Assembly: GCF_009914755.1 (NCBI RefSeq) | Contig: NC_060926.1 | Length of the DNA: 64,000 nt | DNA from: the human T2T-CHM13v2.0 reference genome, Homo sapiens | Strand: one strand, 5' to 3' | Shown: one piece after another, positions 14,675-33,237 of the stretch | Position numbering within the stretch: position 1 is the first letter of the stretch | Layout: every line of letters begins with the position of its first letter | Notes under the pieces: generated by a model | Databases searched by the model: none | Told to the model about the DNA's origin: nothing | What the model saw: only the letters and a program-made list of their open reading frames with translations | Program-made: the position numbers and the translations under genes

Positions 14675-15490
14675 TCATAGACCCCATATATAAGTCGGCA
14701 ATACTAACAGCATTTACTTCATTCCGTTGTTATGATAGTAAATGAGTTAATATTAGAAAAATGCCTGTCACACAGCCAGCATTGAAGAAGTAATAGATAA
14801 ACTATTACTAAGAAGTTTTCACTGATTAAGAATGCAATTAGGTAAAGTTGCAGTTGGTTAATAAAATATCCAGAGTCTCTGAAGAGAGAAAAAGCAAGGA
14901 GAAACAGATCATTGAAACAGAGATCAACTTTGAACAAAATATAGTTTTCCACTCAGGCTAAAGGAAAGAGGGTAGAGTGAATGTCTAACAATGTGTATTA
15001 CTGGAAAAAGGAAGTTGGACTTTCTTATCTGAGATGCTTTAATTTTTTTTATAAAATGAAAGTAGGGATCTTGGCTAAAAATGAGTTGGAGGAAGGAGTT
15101 TAAAGCAGATGGTTTGTGTGTGTTTGTAGATAGGTCAGAGGAACCTTTTGGAGAAGAAAAGAGTTCTGATGATTCTTTTAGACATGTTGATAGCTGAACT
15201 TGTAAATAGACTGATGATATTTACTAGAAGGAACGCTCTTATTTATGGAATTCTCTTAGGAGGATGTTCCTCATTTAGGTTTGCTTATGACAAACAAATC
15301 TAGGTTCTATGAATTTATGGGGCATGGCACTCTGGAAAATGTCATGCAAGTTAGGTGACTAATTTGAGGTATAAAATGGAGATATGGTGTAACCTAAATG
15401 TTCCCTGCTATGTAAAGTAATAACCCATGAGTACTTCTTTGTAGACCTTATCCATTACTCTGAACCACGCACTGTGCATGTCTAACGCAG

Positions 15491-15920
15491 GAATAATGAA
15501 CTTTGAGAGCCATGCAGATGTCTCAGACCTCTCCATACTTCATCTGTACTTCTTGATCGCTTTTATTCTTGAAATTAATACAAGAAGGTCTCTCATTTAT
15601 GTGAGTTGAATTGACAATCCAATCCTTTGGGTTAGCTGATTTAGTAGGTAATGGTGCAGCAGGAAGTTTGAGAAAATTCAGTTTAGAATTGAGAAGGGAG
15701 CTGATAAAGGACACATAGCTAGGCAGTGTTGGAGATCAGCAGGAACTAGACACAATGAATGGATATGGCATCAATACTCATGAACATGCCATTCTTCCAG
15801 CAGTGCTTGGCAACTCAGGTTGAGGAACAGAGAAGGTGGATGGCTTAGGTAATGGAATTGGATGCTTTTTAAATGTCAGTGGCTGTCAAAACTGTATAAT
15901 AAAGGAATTTAGAGCAGTGG
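15491..15920 (+). ncRNA. Possible alternative or terminal SChLAP1-locus exon (weak)
   Basis: Acceptor ctaacgcag|G at 15490; donor-like sites gtgagt (15601) and gtaatg (15648); AATAAA at 15898-15903. Polypyrimidine tract is poor. Confidence 0.3.
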
Positions 15921-16009
15921 CAAAAAGAAAAGACAGAGAAAGAGAAAGTGGTTGAAATGAGATATGGGCAAGATTGAATATGGAAAGTAATAAAAGCATA
16001 AGAGCTATA

Positions 16010-16210
16010 TAGCATACGCTATGAAGAAACTAGACCTGAATTTAAATTATGTCCTCCACTTCCCTTGAACAATTTATTTAACCTCTCTATGCTTCAATTT
16101 CCATAGATGTGAAATGGGATAATAATTCCTACTTCACATCAAATGGCTTAAATCAGACAACTCATGTAAAGCACTTGGGCAATCTAAGTGTACAATAAAT
16201 TGTAATTTTA
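16010..16210 (+). mobile_element. MIR
   Basis: ccttgaacaatttatttaacctctctatgcttcaatttccatagatgtgaaatgggataataa. Confidence 0.75.
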
Positions 16211-17967
16211 TTGAATAAATTGGTTTAAGGAAAATAAAAAGGTTAAGAACGCCAAGGTCTTGATGAAGTGAAGGCCTTGTTTAAGCAGAAATAAAGAAGT
16301 GAAAAGATTTAAATGAATATGAAGTTGGTCAGAGGATGGAATATTAGAGTTGATAGTTTTAAGGATGGAAGAGTTCCAGGGAATAAAAGGGCCCAGGATT
16401 GGAACCAAGGTTCATGGCTAGTTAACATATATGAGTCTGATGGTCACTGATACTGATAAAATCCGAGAGCCATGAGGCTGCTCAGACAGATCCCAAAATA
16501 AGAGGCAGTGTTAACATGTTTACTTTTCACTGAAATCATCATCATCATCACCATAAAGATACATCTTAAAACTCTACCTTATAAAGTCTTAAATTAAACC
16601 TTGAAATTTGTGTTAAAAATAGGTTGATTTGATTTTATTATTTCCTAGGCAATGAAAACATTGTGAGGAAAAAGGTGTTTCTCTGTTAACTCCAGTGGAT
16701 CCAGTTGCACTGTTTACCTATGAACAACACACAAACTGAGGTCAATTAAGCAATGAGACAAGAAACACTATTTAATGTAATGGCAGTTTTCATTTAAATT
16801 ATATTATAAACAATACTCCATTTGGCTAATTTACAAGATCAAAGCATAATTATTCTACCATAGTTTCTGGAAGACAAATTAGTTTAAATCACTACCAGAT
16901 TTGCAAAATTAGTTATGTAATATAGCATTTCAGCAGAATAAATGATTTAAACTAACTTGTTGAAATTAATAGTGGTGCACTTGAGAATAATTCAGAGATG
17001 TTTAATCAAAGGAAAATATGTAAAGATAGGAAATAGGCAAGGTTTAAAATATACTAGTATCAATGTGAATAAAATTTACCCAGTTCTTCTGTATTTTAGT
17101 AATATAATTAGTCCAGAAAATATATAGTAACTAATAATTGGACAAAATAATTAGAACAGTTAGAATCTGCAAAATGATGACCAATGCTCTTGAACATAAT
17201 TATAAGGAATTACAAATGGGAAGGTAAAACTATAATTCTAAATATTAAACCAAATAATATCCATATAATTTGTTTTAAGTATTAATAGTCTATTCAGAAG
17301 AATATTTAATATCTATTGTGAATATGATAAAACATTATTACATTATAATGACAAAAATTTTTCTTTTTAAAATTTGGTTTATTTTGCAAAATCCCAAGCA
17401 TGCGAATATTTAGACATTAATTTTTTCTCATTCTAGTTTCTGGTTTTATGGCTAAATTTTTCTAGTTTCACATAATATTATATACTTTTATTATATTATT
17501 TATTATATTTCATTATTTTATTACAATGATAATATTTTAAATATTAATATAGTTTATTATATTCACACAGTAATGTAATAAAATGTATTAGGGTTTCATA
17601 TTTATAAAATCATAATCAATGGATTTTACCACAGGTTTTTATCAAATTCATTTATTCTTTCCTAGTGAAGAAAGGAGTGGTTTGACAGCTATTTCTACCA
17701 CCATTGTAGAGCAGTGACCAGCATCATTTCTGAAGTTACAGTGCAGATAATGTTTCTATTATTTAAATTTGTTAAAAAATTAATAGCTATTATATAATAT
17801 TCATCTTAAAGGTCTAAATGCACTTCACCTTCTTTTCTTGGTTCTCACATTTGTCCCTTTAATGAAGAATTTGACCAAGGAAGACCCTCTATCCTCTGAC
17901 CTCTTCTATTTTCTCTCCTCTAAAAAAATTATTGCATACAAAGTAATGTATGCTTATTCTAAATAGT

Positions 17968-18400
17968 TGTGATGGATAACTTGATGTGTCAACTTGATTG
18001 AGTTATGGGATGCCCAGATAGTTTGTAAAACAATATTTCTGGGTGCATCTATATGCTTTTCAGAAAAAAAAGATTAGCCTTTTAATCAGTGGACTCACCA
18101 GTGTGGGCTGGAATCATGCAATCAGTTGAGAGTTCAAATGGAACAAAAAGCCAAAGGAAGGGCAAATTATCTCTCTCTTCTTGAGTTGTCACATCCATCT
18201 TTTTCTGCCCTTGGACATCGGAGCAGGGCCCAGTGCACCAGGTTTTCTAGCTCTCAAACTTGTGAATGGTATCTCATGGGACTTCTCAGCCTCCATAATC
18301 ATGTGAGCCAGTTCTCGTAACAAGTTCCCTCTTACGTCTATATACATAAAATCTATCTATATCCTCTCTTTATGTCTCTCAGGAGAACTCTAATAATGCA
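17968..18400 (+). mobile_element. MLT2 (ERVL) solo LTR
   Basis: tgtgatggataacttgatgtgtcaacttgattgagttatgggatgcccagata...ctcaggagaactctaa. Confidence 0.85.
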
Positions 18401-19093
18401 TTAATCAAATATTACAAAAATCTTACGATGAAAAGCAACAGTATCCCTCTACTTTGTTCTCTAACTCACATCTATTCCCCCAAACAACCTCTTAACCATT
18501 CTGTTTTAATAACTCTGAATAATATACTTCTATATACCTTAGATTATTGATTTAACAGATTTATCATGTTTATTCTTTTTTCCACCTTTACTTTCTTCTC
18601 TTAATGTTTATAATTAGGTCGTTACCTTAAATTCTCCTATTGCTTATGTTTGTCACTTTAAATGATATCTTTAACCTCTATTTCTTGTTCTGTGAATTTT
18701 AGGTAGGATCCCTTAACTCTACACTTTAAAAATTAAGATATGGTAGAATTTTTTTGGCAAGAAAAAAATTAAAAAGAAGAAAAACTTAAGCTATTTGGCT
18801 CCTTACTCTTCCTTCAACTTTTCTTCCACACCAGAGTCCTTTCCACATCCCACCATCTACCACCTACTTTTTCCTTTTATATTTCCAAGGTTGTTAACAT
18901 TTACCTTCATGCAATCACCACCCGGGTTTCTGTGCTTTTTCACAGATTGACTCTAAATATAATGACCCAGAAACAGCATTTACATTATCCTTATTGTGTA
19001 AATATTCTTTAAAGTTGGACCAAGTACTATATTAAGATTGCATTACTTTTTTCTGTGGACCAAATACAACCCCTAGGGTCACTCAAAAGAGAT

Positions 19094-19660
19094 TGTGATG
19101 GCTTTGTAATGTGTTAGTGCGTTATGCTACCAGCTAGGCTGACCTATGTGTTCTGGAATTCCTCTCCCTATATGATTCATATTAGATTGGGCCACAAGAG
19201 ACATTCTGTGTCAGATTTTGAAGGCAGAAATGAAAAAGTGGTTATATTGTTTGTATGCTCAGAAGATCAAGGAAGAGGCAACAGGAGGTTTTAGCTCTCA
19301 CATATTTTCTTATTTAGCAGCTCACATTGTTGGGTAGGAGCAGAAGCCCAGCCTGCAGCTGCTCCATCTTCCCCTAGGTCTTTCTGTTTCTTCTTCTTTC
19401 AGTTTCTTCTACGCCAGGTGTGTGCTTAGCTCCATGACAAAAGGTGACAGCTTATTCTGCAGCACACACACATCATCAAAGTGGGAGGTGGTGAGACTGG
19501 CACACTGACAGTCTGTCCTAGCAGATTTCAGCTCACACTGGTGAGTTCCAGCATGCTTATACCGCTATTTTACACGTCTTCCCTTCGCCATTGTCTATCT
19601 GCAGACTTCTCCAACATCAGATGCCAGATGTCTCATGGAAACTAAATAACTTCTACAATT
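19094..19660 (+). mobile_element. ERVL-class LTR (MLT2/LTR52-like)
   Basis: tgtgatggctttgtaatgtg...ctaggctg...gggccacaagagacattc...gaaggcagaaatgaa. Confidence 0.6.
19403..19540 (+). ncRNA. SCHLAP1: Cassette exon, probably an alternative SChLAP1 exon, inside the ERVL LTR
   Basis: Strong polypyrimidine tract 19379-19400 + AG (19401-19402); second AG at 19416-19417; consensus donor CTG|GTGAGT at 19540/19541. Confidence 0.65.
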
Positions 19661-20689
19661 GTGTGTGTATTTATATAATTGATACAAATATTGGTTCTAA
19701 CATCAATTCCAAGTTGATTTTTTAACATTCAACAATTACTTCCAATTGTGTCACTTCTTATTTTGCTTCATATTTTTTACTGACATTTCTAATTATATTT
19801 CTTGGTTCCTTGAATTTGTAACTTTATCATACTCATATTCTTCCTCATTCTTAATCATATTGTCCATAGAGTTCCTTCCCCCACACCTTTCCCCCAACCC
19901 CATAGATAAACTTATTTATTTCCTTCAATCGAGGACTATGCAAACTATAATTATGGGATTTCTTTGACTTCTTTACCAGTTAGACACACTGTTTCCAAAA
20001 TTCCATATAACCTTTGTGCACTCTTCTGTTTTACTTTAATATATCCTGTTAGTCACAAAGAAAAATTGATGAAGAATAAATATTTTGAATTTTGCATGAT
20101 TAAAAATGTCTTCAAACAATCATCATATATGGTTGATGGTCTGAGCATAAAACATTTTGTCTCATAAATTTGAAAAATATTTTTATAGAAGTTTTTAGTG
20201 TCTTTTCTCCTTGGTGATCTGTAAAATGTTACAAGAATATGCCTTTGTGGGGATCTTTTTGCAGTCTCAGACACCTAGTGGATCCAGATCCTTTTAATCT
20301 GAAGACTCATGTCCTTTTCAGTTTTAAATAATTTCCTTATATCCGTATCTTTAATAATACTTCCTCTTCCATCGCCACCACCCCATCCTAACCCCAAGCA
20401 CGCACTATTTTTTGTTCTCTTTCTAAGACTCTTACTAACCAAAAGTTGAACATTCCATATTTGAACCCTATGCCTCATTTCCTTGCTAACATTTCCATTA
20501 CTTTCTCATTTGGGTCTACTTTCTGGGAGATTATTATCTTTTATCTCAATGGTTACATTTTAATCTGTAGAAGCTCTCTTTTATTGTGTAATAGTTTTCT
20601 TTGCATTACTTTCCTGTTCTTGGATTAAGATTAATAAAAAAATACTAATATCCTCTTTAAATTTCTATGAATATATTAACTATTTCAGA

Positions 20690-20850
20690 TACAATGGAAA
20701 GGACACTGGCCTTGAGTCAGATATCTGGACCTTGATTATTTAATGTACCAAACAAGGATAATATTTACTATTCCACAGGATTATTTTGAATATTAAAAGA
20801 GATAATATATTTTAAGAGCCTTGTAAATTATGAAATATGTAAGTACAACA
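20690..20850 (+). mobile_element. MIR fragment
   Basis: aatggaaaggacactggccttgagtcagatatctgg...acaggattattttgaatattaaaagagataat. Confidence 0.6.
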
Positions 20851-21048
20851 TAAGAAAGATATTTAAATTATTATATATCCCTGCATGACAATGTTTCTGA
20901 GCATGGCAATTAAATGCTTTTACGAACCCACGTTTAGTTATTTCCTTCTATAATGTTCTATATACATAAAACTTCAACCACATCACACAATGAAACTTGT
21001 GGAGTTATTTTTTTGAGTCCTTTGCTGTCATTCCTCCAGGCCTTGCTT

Positions 21049-21520
21049 TTGTTAATGGAGCAGACACTGTCATATATACCCAATATTCATTTTCCACATC
21101 TTCAGTAATAAAATCCTGTTTTTAGCAAAACACATCATTTCCCCACTTCTCCACCTCTCTTGAGGTTGCTTCCAGAAATAAACAGAATCAGTGTACACAA
21201 CTTTTGGTAAATGTTTGGAAATAAAGAGGGCATGCTCTTCTTCCCTACTATCCCTTTCCTTTCTGCTGGCTGGAATGCAGATATGATGAATGGAAATAAT
21301 GTGGCCGTCTTAGAGCCTGAGCTGGAAGCCATGTATGGAATATGGTGGAGAAACAACATGGAGGGAACACCCTTGGCTCCTACCTCTGAGTACAGTACCC
21401 ATGCTAGACTAACTATACCTAGATTTCTTTTATGGGAGCAAGAGACAGTTTCCTAGCTTGTCAGACCAATATAACTTGGGGTTTTCTACTACTCCATGAT
21501 GAACCTAATCCTAATTAATA
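21049..21520 (+). mobile_element. Old MLT1 (J/K-like) LTR
   Basis: gcagacactgt...ctgctggctggaatgcagatatgatga...gaacctaatcctaattaata. Confidence 0.65.
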
Positions 21521-21527
21521 TGCTGTT

Positions 21528-21562
21528 ATAGTTTCTCAGCCTTTTGGTTAAGATCAGATATA
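21528..21562 (+). pseudogene. 3'-truncated U2 snRNA pseudogene
   Basis: ATAGTTTCTCAGCCTTTTGGTTAAGATCA versus U2 5' end ATCGCTTCTCGGCCTTTTGGCTAAGATCA: 25/29 identical, starting at U2 nt 1. Confidence 0.8.
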
Positions 21563-21776
21563 CTAAGACACTCCCCATCAGGACATGACAGTATTTACTC
21601 ATCCTTTATGAGCCAATGAAAGCATCACCCTCTCTAGTAAGTCCTGCCTAATGAGACCTCCCCAATAGGATTTAATGTCTTTATTATAGAATATATTTTT
21701 CATGAGACAAAGGATCCTGTTTATTTTATTCACTAGTGTGTGCCTAGTGCCTTGAAAAATGTGTGGGCCATATTAA

Positions 21777-22078
<302 letters not shown>

Positions 22079-22659
22079 TTAAGCAGTTAAATAGTTGTTA
22101 AGTATGCACAACTCTATAACCCTTAGGATTTTGTGGTTACCTCAGCTAAACCATAGATGCTTTTCCCAAGCCTCTCTCCCTACACAAATTGTAACCTCAC
22201 TAGCGGGTAAAACCGTATATATGTATCACTTACTTTGCTCCTTAATATATGGTACATGACTGACAGTACTTATGAATTGAATAATTTAAATGAGAATAAG
22301 TGTAATGATATATAAAAAATTATTTTTAAAATAAAATTTACATAAAAGTATTACAATTTGAGATGAACTACATCAACACTTTTTCATCAAAAAATAGTGT
22401 TTTCTCTCCCCTGATTATAATGAGACAATTTAGTGACTGCTTTTATCAAACATAATAGAGCAAACCACAATCTGACTTGGAGCAATTTGCTGGACTTCCA
22501 AACCTCAGTTTTGTCATTAATAATATGAGGTTCATATCCACCACATTTGGCATCTTGGACTGTGCTTGATTAACACTTGTGCTCAGTAAGTGGTAGCTGC
22601 AATTCTTATAGTGACTAAGAAAAAGCATTATCTTTAAAATTTACTGATTTAAAGTTTTA

Positions 22660-23200
22660 TATACATTCATTTATTCAATAGCTATTTGCTTGATCCCTAC
22701 AATGTAACAGCAATCTAGATGCTGGGGACACAAGGTCCACCTTCCAGGAATATGGCCATGACACCAGAAATCACAAACATGATGAGAATGGAATGACTGG
22801 GGAAGAAGTGCCAGATGCTTCACTTGTAAATGAAGACCCAGCCTCTGGGGATGCAGATACCACCTCCCTGAAGAAGCTGAATATCTGCAGATAAGTGGAG
22901 TTCACCAATGATGAGGAGCGGGATGGAGAAAGGAGGTAGGGAGAGTCATCCAAGGAACATGAGCAACATGTTAAAAGGTAAGAAGTGAGACAATGGTGAG
23001 GTGGTGAAACTTAACAAGTCGGCCATGGCTGGGGGTGAGAGTGAGGGAGGGTGGTGGGAAATAAAGTTGCTGGGATAGGGAGAAGCCAGATGATGCAGCT
23101 TTTGCAGGACATGGTACAGATTTGGGAAAATATTGTAAGGTTTTGGGAGAGTATGAGGGATTTATGGGTCAGGTTTATATTACAAAGATTATTCTAAAAA
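22660..23200 (-). mobile_element. L2 remnant hosting the SChLAP1 exon
   Basis: cattcatttattcaatagctatttgcttgatccctacaatgtaacagcaatctagatgctggggacacaag resembles the antisense L2 3' end. Confidence 0.6.
22711..22977 (+). ncRNA. SCHLAP1: SChLAP1 lncRNA internal exon (267 nt)
   Basis: Acceptor aacag|C at 22710 and donor AAG|GTAAGA at 22977. Sequence recalled from the SChLAP1 cDNA, including siRNA target CCAATGATGAGGAGCGGGA (22905-22923). Confidence 0.85.
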
Positions 23201-23623
23201 TATTAGGCCTCCCGAGGCACTCAAGCCTTTTACCTTGCAGTTTCTACTCACCCTTTGGGACTCAGCTCAAATGACATTTCCTCGGGGGTGCTCCCTGATA
23301 CCCAGATTGTGCACCCTGTGATTCTCCTTCAGAGTATCACAAGTCGAATAAAATCGTTAATAATAGAAAAAATATCCTGTATGTAAATAGGCTACTTTAA
23401 AATGAAATCATTTCACATGTATTATATTTTCTATTTAAATAAATTCTACCATTAAATTTTTGAAACATATTTACCTCTTAACTATATGTCTAGTTAAGAA
23501 AGTCCAAGTCTTTGAAGATTTTATTTTGTTGTAATCAATACTTGTAAATATATGTGGATATATAAAAATGCACATAAATGACATAATTTTAAATGTAAAA
23601 GACCAATGTGTATATGTTTTTAA

Positions 23624-23961
<338 letters not shown>

Positions 23962-25919
23962 TTATTATTTTAAATTATAACTTGTTCTATTTGAAGCAAG
24001 GAACTGAATACACTTATAAACCATTTATTTAATGATGTACATTTCAAATATTATCAAATTTAATCAACACTTTTAAGAATAAAAATAGTTTATTGAGTTT
24101 TTCTGCTTACAATTATGGTAGTCATGCAAAAATCCATGTATTCCCTTCTCTGGTTATCAAATCTAACATTTCTTTCAAATATTGACCAATCTATTGTGAA
24201 CAACATGTTTTTCCCATATATAAGGCAAACCAACTGATTGTTTTTATTAGCAACAAAGGTCATGGGAAAAAAACAGAAAAAGCCTGACATATTAATCCTA
24301 AAATGGCAAAGCGTGTGTAAATGTAAAGTAAAAGGTTATGTAAATGAAGGAGGTTAAGACCTAAAAGGTTATGACACAGTTGGATCATTCTCATTACAGA
24401 AACATTAACATAGATGAGTACAATCTGCAGGCCAGCTAAATCTAAATTGCACGACTGCACCCAAGGGAACTGAAACAATTTCCATAGTTTCCTTAAACAT
24501 AGAGCTAAACAATTTAAGTTTGAGAGAGTTGCTAAGTTATTTAGAAGAACTATTTAATCTTTAACAGTAAAATATTAAACCAAAGAGATTTTGTGATCTA
24601 GTACTTATTTCTAGAGAGTAATAAATTTATTATTCACATATTCTGAATGAGCTTGCATCAATCACTACAAGACATTCAATCAAATTCATCTTGAAAAATG
24701 AAATGGCAAATGCATTTAAATTCAAGAAAGCCAATTTAGAGCAATTGACTATAATTAAGAATGTTCACTGGGATGAGGTCTACTAGATTCGTGAATATAT
24801 AAAAAGGAGCCTTGAAAACACTAAAAGTTAAATACCAGGATTAGGATGTGAACATTCAACTGAAAAGAATAAGATTGGAAAAACGGTTGTGTGAATGCAT
24901 GAGTAAGTGAGCGAGAATGCATGGGTGTGTATGGGCGTATGTATGCCTCCACATTTATAGAACCACAGTTAAGGTTTCTGAAAGGAGGAACTGGGATTCT
25001 TCCTCCCTCTTTAGCTTCACCCATTGTCATGATCAGAGAGTAGTATATTCCTTGTCCTTTCTCCTCCGATAAAATAAGAACTTGGCATCTTGTGAGTTTA
25101 TACCTTAATTATGGAAAACTTACTAGAGAGTCTTTGGATTAAGAAGAGTACACCCTGTAGATATGATATCAAGCAAATTCACTTTCTGAAACCAAGCTTT
25201 TAGGAGAAGCAGAAGGTTCCCTGGCACCCTCTTGAGTGGCTACTATCTGAGCAAAAAGAATTAAAAGTTATCAGCCTTGAAACTACCAGACAGTCGATCC
25301 AGAACAAACTGTGCCTGCTTATGAAGCAAGGCTTTTTCACCCTTAGTTGGAAGTTCCAAAAGATAGAGCTTCTTTAAGTGCAGTTAAATTCATACTCTGA
25401 GCTTACTATAGTTCCAGCAACACCTTCAAATGGCTCCTCCCCAAAGAGTATCACATTAATGTTGCTGGCAGGCACAGTTGCCAATTTAATTAATACTTTT
25501 GAGTGCACAATCTTCAAAAGAGTAGTTCTAAATTTAACCAAAAACACTTGCCATGATTTTAAAAATCAACACATTTGGTTTCCTTCACTCCTCCAACAAC
25601 TGTAATTGAATCACTGCCAAATACAGAACACTGGGGTAGGTGCCTCAGGAATGTGCAGCCACTTACAAGAGTTGGGGGGTGGGGGTGGGAAATACAGTCA
25701 ACTAAAACAAGGCAGAGTGTAGTGAATGCCAAAAGTTGGATTCGAAGGCTATGAGTGCGAGGTGAAGGCAAAGAACATAGTCCTACATCTCTTTCCCTCC
25801 ACTACTACAATCTACTTCCAAAGACCTGTCCCACTATCCCTCAACATCCAACAATTCACTTCTTTTCTGCCCAGCCTAAATTCCAGCGGAATTCAGTTTC
25901 TCTCCACCTTCAAATTCTT

Positions 25920-28270
<2,351 letters not shown>

Positions 28271-29346
28271 CCTTCAAATTCTTAACCAAAGTCTTTTAAC
28301 TATACCCACTCTGCAAATTCTCAGAGAGAGCATTCCAAACTTTCAGTGCCTCTATTCCTAAAAATACATATTCTTGATGAAAAACCCCATGCAATTTTAG
28401 AGAATGATGCCAAATTTACAAATTTAAGATGTCTAACATCAAAGAAGCCTTCAGGCAACCTGTTAATCCTTTGACTTTCCTCAGCAATTCTCTCTCTCTC
28501 ATTCTCTTCATCAAATACCCAGAACTTCCAATATTCTCTGCAAATTCACCATTTCTCACTCTCAACAGATATAGCCTGAGAAAAACAGAATGAAAATTAA
28601 GGTCACAAAGTGTAAACTCCCTCGGTGTTCGGTTTTCATACATGCTTCCACAGGCTATTTTTCTCGTGCCTCCTACCCAAGTCTAATTTTCCCTCAGTGC
28701 TCTAGAGCTCAACCAAACTGCAACACCTGCCTTCAGCAACTTTTAGTCCTTTTAATCCTCAATTGGTTCTTTTCATTGCCCTTTTTTCCATTCAGCCTGC
28801 ATACATGTGCAACACTCTCCCTTCTTTGCAAATATCTTTCTATAACTGTGTGCCCCTCTATCTCTTTACATCACTTCACTGATGTCTGGCATCACTGTGT
28901 TTTACTGATTTTAAAAGTTCATTGTAGAATATTTGAAAAATGAAGAAATGTATGATAAAAGTTGCTGCAATGCCATGGTCCAGAGATAACTATTTTGGTT
29001 AACTTTTTAACAAATTTATGTATTCTTTCTAGCATTTCATTCTATTTATGTATATGTGTGAGCTAGTCTATTTTCTATCAGATTTTAGCTGAGGTATAAT
29101 ATAGCTTAAATCCTTTTTTTTTTTTTTTAATTTTTTTTTTTATTATACTCTAAGTTTTAGGGTACATGTGCACATTGTGCAGTTTAGTTACATATGTATA
29201 CATGTGCCATGCTGGTGCGCTGCACCCACTAACGTGTCATCTAGCATTAGGTATATCTCCCAATGCTATCCCTCCCCCCTCCCCCGACCCCACCACAGTC
29301 CCCAGAGTGTGATATTCCCCTTCCTGTGTCCATGTGATCTCATTGT

Positions 29347-33198
<3,852 letters not shown>

Positions 33199-33237
33199 TC
33201 ATTAGTTGATGCAGTTTCTTCCTAGTCTCGATGGTCT

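Larger units (their letters stand above)
18400..20630 (-). mobile_element. Old L1ME-type fragments, interrupted by an LTR
   Basis: T-rich degenerate antisense L1 (cttttaatctgaagactcatgtcc etc.). Confidence 0.5.
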
